Of a stretch of DNA of 64,000 nucleotides, positions 1-6,925 are shown piece by piece. Location of the stretch: contig NC_000964.3 in the NCBI RefSeq assembly GCF_000009045.1, positions 4,092,001 through 4,156,000 on the forward strand, in the 5' to 3' direction. Positions within the stretch are counted from its first letter, which is position 1; the number at the start of each line of letters is the position of its first letter. The stretch comes from Bacillus subtilis subsp. subtilis str. 168 (lineage in GTDB: Bacteria; Bacillota; Bacilli; Bacillales; Bacillaceae). The notes under the pieces were generated by a model. That model saw nothing but the letters and a program-made list of their open reading frames with translations. It did not search any database and was not told where the DNA came from. The position numbers and the translations under genes were made by a program.

Positions 1-666
1 AACGGAGGACAGGCCGAATCCTTTCACCTCGATGTGTCAGATGAAAACAGTGTGAAAGCATTTGCTGATCAAATCAAGGATGCATGCGGAACGATTGATA
101 TTCTGTTTAATAATGCCGGCGTTGATCAGGAAGGCGGAAAGGTGCACGAATATCCGGTTGACCTGTTTGACCGCATTATCGCCGTCGACCTGCGCGGCAC
201 ATTCCTTTGCAGCAAATATTTGATTCCGCTCATGCTCGAAAATGGAGGCTCCATCATCAACACCTCCTCCATGTCAGGCCGTGCCGCGGACCTTGACCGC
301 TCCGGCTACAACGCCGCAAAAGGCGGTATCACCAACCTGACAAAGGCAATGGCAATCGACTACGCACGAAACGGCATCCGCGTCAATTCCATTTCACCGG
401 GCACGATCGAAACACCGCTGATTGACAAATTAGCAGGCACAAAAGAACAGGAAATGGGCGAACAATTCCGCGAAGCCAACAAATGGATCACGCCGCTCGG
501 ACGTCTTGGCCAGCCCAAAGAAATGGCAACAGTGGCACTGTTCCTCGCATCAGACGACAGCTCATACGTCACAGGAGAAGACATCACCGCAGACGGCGGC
601 ATCATGGCGTACACATGGCCTGGGAAGATGCTGATTGAGGAGAAATGGAAGGAAGAAACGAAATAA
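1..666 (+). CDS. yxbG: Short-chain dehydrogenase/reductase (5'-truncated by the window edge)
   Basis: Frame is open from base 1 to TAA at 664-666. SDR motifs NNAG, YNAAKGG (YxxxK) and NSISPG. Confidence 0.9.
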   Translation, partial: NGGQAESFHLDVSDENSVKAFADQIKDACGTIDILFNNAGVDQEGGKVHEYPVDLFDRIIAVDLRGTFLCSKYLIPLMLENGGSIINTSSMSGRAADLDRSGYNAAKGGITNLTKAMAIDYARNGIRVNSISPGTIETPLIDKLAGTKEQEMGEQFREANKWITPLGRLGQPKEMATVALFLASDDSSYVTGEDITADGGIMAYTWPGKMLIEEKWKEETK

Positions 667-689
667 GAGAGGGAGCCCCCTCTCTTTTT
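665..689. terminator. Intrinsic terminator between convergent yxbG and yxbF
   Basis: AAGAGAGGG-agcc-CCCTCTCTT hairpin followed by a T-run. Confidence 0.75.
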
Positions 690-694
690 GTCTT

Positions 695-1837
695 TTAAAG
701 CAATACAACCTTATATTTCTTCACATCCAAAAACTGCAAAAACTCCCTCGCCAGCACTTCAGGCGGATGCGCCTTTCCTTCATCCAGCCGATACAAAAGC
801 AACCCGATAATCATTGCGGATACATAATGGGCATAAAGCTTTTTCTCTGCGTGAATATCAGTTTGCTGATGCAGATAAAACGATTCCAGCGCTTTGAACA
901 TATCAGGTATCACATGAGGAACACCCCATTCCCGATTGAGAAAATGGACAATGGGCATGTTTGACAAAGCAGAAAGCAGAATGGCGAGCGCCTTCTCCGC
1001 TTCCTTTAAGGAAAATTCATTCGGGCTGGAGGCAATCGTCAGGTGATCAATGATCTCCGCACATGATCGCTGTATCATGGTTTGGAGCAATTCCTCCTTA
1101 TTGGCATAGTGATCATAAAAGGTTGCACGGCGGATATTGCTTTTACGCGTAATATCTGAAATCGTGATGCCCGCGTAGTCTTGTTTCTCCGCCAATACAT
1201 CCAGAAATGCCTTCTGCAGCGCCTCTCTCGTTCGAACCACCCGCCTGTCGATTTGCTTCTCCTTCTCTCGCTCTCCTGGCACAGCTTTTCCAAACAGCCA
1301 ATAAAACCGCTTTTGAGAAACAAGCTCCCATACCTTCTGGCTGATGGCTTCAGGAGACGCGGCCGCATCCTCATTCAGCCAATACAGGATAATCGCGTAC
1401 GTGTACAAGGCCCGATAATGTCCATAAATGTCCCGTTCAATCGGCGTTAAATTCACATGGATCGGAGCCAGCAGCACATCCTGCTGAAACACATCCTTAA
1501 AAAAACGATGAAAATGTCCTCTGTTCATCATCACAGAAAAAAAGGAACGATGCTCATGAACAAAGGACAGCGTCGGATGCACCGTTTGCCGTTTTTTGTT
1601 CAAATGAAGGGTATCCATATGACTGAAGGCGTCAAAAAGCGCTTTGCCCAGTCCTTCCTTCATGTCTTCGATCACATCCTCAATGATTGAAAACTTATCC
1701 TCATAATAAAGGTAGAGCGATCCGCGGCTCACTTTGGCCTTCTCAGCGATTTCTTTCATTGTGATGTGTTGAATATCTCTATCTTTCAATAAAGCCAGCA
1801 GCGCCTCTTTCACTTGAGCTTCGGCAGATTCCGGCAC
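695..1837 (-). CDS. yxbF: Transcriptional regulator with two tandem TetR-family modules
   Basis: Two TetR HTHs (ITMKEIAEKAKVSRGSLYLYY; ITISDITRKSNIRRATFYDHY). GTG start at 1837 follows a GGAGG SD (the ORF track extends to 1852). Confidence 0.85.
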   Translation of the reverse strand: MPESAEAQVKEALLALLKDRDIQHITMKEIAEKAKVSRGSLYLYYEDKFSIIEDVIEDMKEGLGKALFDAFSHMDTLHLNKKRQTVHPTLSFVHEHRSFFSVMMNRGHFHRFFKDVFQQDVLLAPIHVNLTPIERDIYGHYRALYTYAIILYWLNEDAAASPEAISQKVWELVSQKRFYWLFGKAVPGEREKEKQIDRRVVRTREALQKAFLDVLAEKQDYAGITISDITRKSNIRRATFYDHYANKEELLQTMIQRSCAEIIDHLTIASSPNEFSLKEAEKALAILLSALSNMPIVHFLNREWGVPHVIPDMFKALESFYLHQQTDIHAEKKLYAHYVSAMIIGLLLYRLDEGKAHPPEVLAREFLQFLDVKKYKVVLL

Positions 1838-1979
1838 AAAAGACACCTCCAATCATTAGACAGATCTTAGATATATGTACGGTAACGTATAGATGGTTCA
1901 CCGTTGTCTTTCTTACAGAAAAGGTACCACCTTATAATAGGTCCGAGAAAAGAAGAAAGCAAATGAGGGGGATTTTACA

Positions 1980-3317
1980 ATGGAACAGCAAGTAAAGGAC
2001 GACATCCAGCGTGTCTTTCAGCTTCAGAAAAAACAGCAAAAAGCCTTGCGCGCTTCAACAGCGGAACAGCGGAGAGAAAAGCTTCAACGCTTTTTAGATT
2101 CCGTCATCGCCCATGAAGAAGAAATCATCGAAGCGATCCGCAAAGACGTCCGCAAACCATATCACGAAGTCAAAAAAGCGGAAATCGAAGGAACAAAAAA
2201 AGCGATTAGAGATAATATGAATAACCTGGAACAATGGATGGCGCCTAAAGAAGTCGGTTCATCGTTAAGCCCTGACGCAAACGGAATTCTTATGTACGAG
2301 CCTAAAGGCGTCACACTCATCCTCGGCCCGTGGAACTATCCGTTTATGCTGACGATGGCGCCGCTTGCCGCTTCTCTCGCAGCCGGAAACAGCGCGATTG
2401 TGAAGCTGTCCGATTTCACGATGAACACGAGCAACATTGCTGCTAAAGTAATAAGAGACGCTTTTGATGAAAAAGAAGTCGCGATTTTTGAAGGAGAGGT
2501 TGAGGTGGCAACCGAACTACTTGATCAGCCGTTCGACCATATTTTCTTCACTGGAAGCACAAATGTCGGGAAAATTGTCATGACAGCGGCTGCCAAACAC
2601 TTGGCATCTGTCACACTTGAGCTTGGCGGCAAGAGCCCGACGATCATTGACAGTGAATACGATCTGATGGACGCAGCGAAAAAGATCGCCGTCGGGAAAT
2701 TCGTAAACGCCGGCCAAACCTGCATCGCACCTGATTACCTGTTCATTAAAAAAGACGTTCAGGACAGGTTCGCGGGGATTTTACAAACAGTCGTCAACGC
2801 TGGATTTATGGAGGATGATCATACCCCAGACCGCAGCAAATTTACGCAGATCGTCAATGACCGCAACTTCAACCGCGTCAAAGATCTGTTCGACGATGCC
2901 ATCGAAAGAGGGGCGGAAGTGGTGTTCGGCGGCGTATTCGATGCCAGCGACCGCACGATCTCGCCAACCGTTTTGAAAAACGTCACGCCTGACATGAAAA
3001 TCATGCAGGAGGAAATCTTCGCATCGATCCTGCCAATGATGAACTATGAAGACATCGACGAGGTCATCGATTACGTAAATGACCGCGATAAACCGCTTGC
3101 ACTTTATGTGTTCAGCAAAAACCAAGATCTGATTGACAACGTCCTTCAGCACACGACATCAGGAAATGCCGCCATCAATGATGTCGTCGTCCATTTCAGT
3201 GACGTCAACCTGCCATTCGGCGGCGTCAACACAAGCGGAATCGGCTCCTATCATGGGGTATACGGATTCAAAGAGTTTTCTCATGAGAAGGGTGTATTTA
3301 TTCAGGCCGCTGAATAA
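1980..3317 (+). CDS. aldX: Aldehyde dehydrogenase
   Basis: PWNYP, FTGS, LELGGKSP, GQTCIAPDY, EEIF and PFGG motifs; GAGGGG SD. Confidence 0.93.
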   Translation: MEQQVKDDIQRVFQLQKKQQKALRASTAEQRREKLQRFLDSVIAHEEEIIEAIRKDVRKPYHEVKKAEIEGTKKAIRDNMNNLEQWMAPKEVGSSLSPDANGILMYEPKGVTLILGPWNYPFMLTMAPLAASLAAGNSAIVKLSDFTMNTSNIAAKVIRDAFDEKEVAIFEGEVEVATELLDQPFDHIFFTGSTNVGKIVMTAAAKHLASVTLELGGKSPTIIDSEYDLMDAAKKIAVGKFVNAGQTCIAPDYLFIKKDVQDRFAGILQTVVNAGFMEDDHTPDRSKFTQIVNDRNFNRVKDLFDDAIERGAEVVFGGVFDASDRTISPTVLKNVTPDMKIMQEEIFASILPMMNYEDIDEVIDYVNDRDKPLALYVFSKNQDLIDNVLQHTTSGNAAINDVVVHFSDVNLPFGGVNTSGIGSYHGVYGFKEFSHEKGVFIQAAE

Positions 3318-3327
3318 TCGCATGATC

Positions 3328-3357
3328 AAAAGGCGCTTCCTTAGAGGAGCGCCTTTT
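3328..3357. terminator. Bidirectional terminator aldX/yxbD
   Basis: AAAAGGCGCTTCC...GGAGCGCCTTTT inverted repeat. Confidence 0.8.
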
Positions 3358-3835
3358 ATTGTAACTCCTTGACCAAAAGCAATTCATCACGGATAGGTAT
3401 TTTATTATCTGCCAGTAAAGGAATTTCGGGCTTCATCTTTCTGGCCGTCTCGACTGCATTCACAAATAGTCGATCCAACCGGTACCCTCTCTTCTGATAA
3501 AACGCTAATGCATGAATATTATCATTGGTTGTGATCAGTTTTATTTGTTTGATATTTCTCTCTCTGCATGCTTCCTCGGCTTTCTCTAGCAGAGCTGTTC
3601 CGATCCCTTTATTCTCAATGACACTATCCAGCGAAATGATTTCACAGGCATCTTCTTCAAATATGTATGTAATAAGGCCAACAATCTGGTTATCATCGTT
3701 GAGCATTCCATAACCATCTAATTCATCGCAGTTATAAATACCGCTAGAAATAACCATTTGCGGACTGCCCCAGTGTTTTTGAAAAAACGCGGAAACAAGA
3801 TCTTTAGGTACCTGGCATGTCGGAATAATATTCAT
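3356..3835 (-). CDS. yxbD: GNAT-family N-acetyltransferase
   Basis: Acetyl-CoA motif (ENKGIGTALL) and NIHALAFYQKRGY; GGAGG SD. Confidence 0.88.
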   Translation of the reverse strand: MNIIPTCQVPKDLVSAFFQKHWGSPQMVISSGIYNCDELDGYGMLNDDNQIVGLITYIFEEDACEIISLDSVIENKGIGTALLEKAEEACRERNIKQIKLITTNDNIHALAFYQKRGYRLDRLFVNAVETARKMKPEIPLLADNKIPIRDELLLVKELQ

Positions 3836-3914
3836 ATTTTCCTCCTTTTAGCTGAACAAAAATAAGAGAATTAACAACCTATTTTATGTCATTAATCCCC
3901 TTATCTAGTATTTA

Positions 3915-4907
3915 CTAGAACTTATAACTTGTCAAAAGCTGTCTGAATACCAATTGCGTGGATTGATAAGGATCAAAATCTGAATCCTGAGATTGGAAGA
4001 TTTGCTCTGGGGTCAATGTCTCTGCGTTCTCTGATAACGTTTGAATCAGACTTTCCAAATATCCATTTAACTCTGATTTGGACGATTCATGTAGGGATTG
4101 ATGATTTACAGCGAGTTCTCTAAATCTGTTATCACTGATTAATTTTTTTCGAAGAGCTGCTAGCATCAAGTCAAGCCATGCAGGCTGGCCAAATGTAATA
4201 TTTAAAGCTAACGTTGCTTGATCAGATTTGGTGGAGTGCCATAAACCTCTTGGCAAATACAGCATGGTTCCCGGTGTTAAATTAACGATTTCTGCATCTG
4301 GCAGATCCTCTTTTGGCGGATCTCCTTTCCAATATGACTGTAAATCATCAGGATAGTAAGGAGCCTCTGATAAATCATAGTGCTGCATTGGATTGCTCAC
4401 ATTTTCATTCTTGGCAAGCTTCCATGTTTTCTCACCTTGAATTTGAAAAATCAAGTTGGTGTAGGCGTCAAAATGGGCTTTGAATCCCCCGCCATTTTTC
4501 GCCGCGTAAACAATGGCTTTGGAAGAAGTACCCGCAGGCAGTCTTAATTCCGCTTTGAGTTTTTCTATCCACCTTCTGACTTGGGGAATAAATAGGTCGG
4601 TGAAATCAAACTCTAATGCAGCCCCTTTTTCATACCACTCTAAAGCCTCTGCAGGTGACACAAGAAATCTGTCTGTGATCCCTTCAGATTCTTCAATCAC
4701 AGCATCACCAACGACCATGACTGGATTATTGTAGATAGCCAATACGTTTTCTAGCGTTCTAACCTTTTCAAACCCCGGTATGCTTGTAAATCTCTCCACT
4801 TCTCCTCTGGCTACCAAAGGTTTTACAGGCCAATATTCTTCTAAAAACTCACTCATCGTTACAGGACTGATGATAGACTCCAAAACCGATTCGGTTACAG
4901 CACTCAT
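3915..4907 (-). CDS. yxbC: JmjC/cupin 2-oxoglutarate-Fe(II) oxygenase
   Basis: HFD...WH facial triad (AHFDAYTN; PRGLWHST) and LTPGTMLYLPRG. ATG at 4907 follows a GGGAGG SD. Confidence 0.88.
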   Translation of the reverse strand: MSAVTESVLESIISPVTMSEFLEEYWPVKPLVARGEVERFTSIPGFEKVRTLENVLAIYNNPVMVVGDAVIEESEGITDRFLVSPAEALEWYEKGAALEFDFTDLFIPQVRRWIEKLKAELRLPAGTSSKAIVYAAKNGGGFKAHFDAYTNLIFQIQGEKTWKLAKNENVSNPMQHYDLSEAPYYPDDLQSYWKGDPPKEDLPDAEIVNLTPGTMLYLPRGLWHSTKSDQATLALNITFGQPAWLDLMLAALRKKLISDNRFRELAVNHQSLHESSKSELNGYLESLIQTLSENAETLTPEQIFQSQDSDFDPYQSTQLVFRQLLTSYKF

Positions 4908-4971
4908 ATTATCCCTCCCAAAAAAAGTAACTTCACCACAAAGATATAACATTTTTTTCTAAAAGTAAATA

Positions 4972-5000
4972 TTGACAGAATTATCAGAGGATTATAATAT
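4972..5000 (+). promoter_or_regulatory. SigA-type promoter for the peptide-yxbB-asnH transcript, overlapped by a CodY-like box
   Basis: TTGACA at 4972-4977. TATAAT at 4993-4998 (15-bp spacer) or TAATAT at 4995-5000 (17-bp spacer). AATTATCAGAGGATT at 4979-4993 matches the CodY consensus AATTTTCWGAAAATT at 12/15. Confidence 0.65.
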
Positions 5001-5048
5001 TTAGTTGTGCGTGATAGCCTATTTTTTTACAAGGAAGGAGGGAAAAGG

Positions 5049-5117
5049 ATGAAAAAGGCTTATAAGAAACCTCGTCTTTTTGAACTGCGCCGTGCTGTAG
5101 CAGCTGGCGGCCATTAA
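5049..5117 (+). CDS. 22-aa putative RiPP precursor, copy 1: MKKAYKKPRLFELRRAVAAGGH
   Basis: AAGGAGG SD, ATG...TAA, YxxPxL motif. Too short for the ORF track; translated by hand. Confidence 0.82.
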   Translation: MKKAYKKPRLFELRRAVAAGGH

Positions 5118-5166
5118 TCTCATATAGCATTTGACATCTAGTACTCTATTTTAGGAGGGATGCTCA

Positions 5167-5235
5167 ATGAAAAAAGCTTATAAGAAACCTCGCCTTTTTG
5201 AACTGCGCCGTGCTGTAGCAGCTGGCGGCCATTAA
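5167..5235 (+). CDS. 22-aa putative RiPP precursor, copy 2 (identical peptide)
   Basis: AGGAGG SD 8 nt upstream. Differs from copy 1 only at synonymous sites (AAG>AAA, CGT>CGC). Confidence 0.82.
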   Translation: MKKAYKKPRLFELRRAVAAGGH

Positions 5236-5284
5236 TCTCATATAGCATTTGACATCTAGTACTCTATTTTAGGAGGGATGCTCA

Positions 5285-5353
5285 ATGAAAAAAGCTTATA
5301 AGAAACCTCGCCTTTTTGAATTGCGCCGCGCTGTAGCAGCTGGCGGTCATTAA
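5285..5353 (+). CDS. 22-aa putative RiPP precursor, copy 3 (identical peptide)
   Basis: AGGAGG SD. Differs from copy 2 only at synonymous sites (CTG>TTG, CGT>CGC, GGC>GGT). Confidence 0.82.
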   Translation: MKKAYKKPRLFELRRAVAAGGH

Positions 5354-5415
5354 TCTTATCCAAAACGATTAACGTTTGAGGCTATCACGCCAACTTGATA
5401 AGGAGGATGCTGAAG

Positions 5416-6150
5416 ATGATTACGGCTGAAGAATGCAGAACGTACAAAGAATTTGTTGATCTTTACCAATCCTATCTTTACCCCTTGCTTGGCGCCAGAC
5501 TGTCCCGGATGTATTCCCCCAAAAACAAAGTCATTATCGATATGGGCACAGGTCCAGGTTATTTAAGCATTCAGTTGGCTAAAAGAACAAATGCGCACGT
5601 GCATGCTGTCGATATTAACCCGGCCATGCATGAAATCGCTCAAGAAGAAGCTAAAAAAAGCGGAGTAAGCAGCCTGATTTCATTTGATTTGGAAGATGTC
5701 CACCATTTATCTTACGCTGACCAATATGCTGACTTCATCGTCTCCTACTCTTGCCTGCATCATTGGGAAGACGTTGTTAAAGGACTTAAAGAGTGCTATA
5801 GAGTTCTGGCTCCGGGCGGAAAAATTGTCATTTTGGATACATTTAATCCCCAAGGAAGCCATTTAGAGATTATGCGAAAACAAATCAAAGAACCGGAATA
5901 CTTCAGGTTTGTAAGAGAGGCATTTGAAGAAAGTTATTCCTTTGAAGACATTCACCAGTTTGTTCAGGATGCCGGCATTCCCAATTATTCATTAGAAACC
6001 TTTCACTTTTTACCGGAGGATTTTATAGAAAGCTTAGATGAGCTGGAGGATGCTCCCCTGTGGGAACAAAATGATCAAAGTACTGATCATGAAATTGAGT
6101 CTGTCACATGGATGTTAACGATAGAAAAAGAAAAGGAAGGTGCATTGTAA
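5416..6150 (+). CDS. yxbB: Class I SAM-dependent methyltransferase
   Basis: Motif [37 protein letters not shown]; AGGAGG SD at 5401. Confidence 0.9.
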
Positions 6151-6419
6151 TGATCAATGAATCAACTGTTTTATCCAAAAATCCAGAAATGCCATCAAGA
6201 AAATATTTGAAAAGCATTATTATAGAGCCGGGCATCACTTTAAATGAAATGGCATCAGATATTTATAACCATATCGACGGCAAGGTCAGCATACATGATA
6301 TTTGCTCAAAAATCGTCAATGAATATGATGTTGATTATCAAACCTGCTTAGAAGATTGTATGGAGCTGTTTGAGTTGCTTATTGATCATGAAGCAATCAA
6401 AGTTAAGCAGGGGGCATGA
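6150..6419 (+). CDS. yxbA: PqqD-family / RiPP recognition element (RRE) protein
   Basis: 89 aa with the PqqD-type pattern [31 protein letters not shown]...[12 protein letters not shown]; start overlaps the yxbB stop (TAATG). Confidence 0.82.
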
Positions 6420-6422
6420 GAA

Positions 6423-6905
6423 TTGGAAAAACAAAAAGTGCTTGCTTTACCAGACGATGTACATGAGCTGAGTACACACCGTTCTAAATCAATCGTAAAT
6501 TACATCATCACTCTGCTTGCCTTTGCCAAAAAACAAGGATTGACTCATCAAGATATTGTAAGCTGGATTCACGAGCAATATGAGGAAAGAGGATATTATG
6601 ATGAGTGGAGACACATTAACAGCCAACAACCAGTTGGATCATTTGTGGAACTCTTTATAAAAGGAAGACGTTTACTTTATGACAAAATTGAATTGTTTGA
6701 AACAGAAGATAAATATGTCGTAAATACCCACACTTGGTATGAAAAAGAACCTAGTGAGGCCTTTTTTTATTTTGAAATTGATCCCGAAGAATTTTCTGCG
6801 TACGCTTCCATTCTCGCAATCGAAAACGCAAAACGTCTCGGAATTAAAATCGATATTGTAAAAGAAACAGATGTAGAGACAGCTTATATCTATAAACATC
6901 AATAA
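6423..6905 (+). CDS. yxnB: Uncharacterised 160-aa protein
   Basis: TTG-start ORF in the operon between yxbA and asnH; no motif recognised. Confidence 0.8.
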   Translation: MEKQKVLALPDDVHELSTHRSKSIVNYIITLLAFAKKQGLTHQDIVSWIHEQYEERGYYDEWRHINSQQPVGSFVELFIKGRRLLYDKIELFETEDKYVVNTHTWYEKEPSEAFFYFEIDPEEFSAYASILAIENAKRLGIKIDIVKETDVETAYIYKHQ

Positions 6906-6925
6906 CGCTATTGGGAGGGAGACAT

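Larger units (their letters stand above)
5049..5356 (+). repeat. 118-bp tandem triplication (two full units plus a third coding unit)
   Basis: Units start at 5049, 5167 and 5285. The 49-bp spacers (5118-5166, 5236-5284) are identical. Confidence 0.97.

Noticed and set aside
5131-5160. TTGACA inside each repeat spacer as an internal promoter
   Set aside because: No credible -10 element 16-18 bp downstream; that position holds the SD sequence.
5049-5356. CRISPR array interpretation of the triple repeat
   Set aside because: Spacers are identical rather than unique, the unit is 118 bp, it encodes a peptide, and there are no cas genes.
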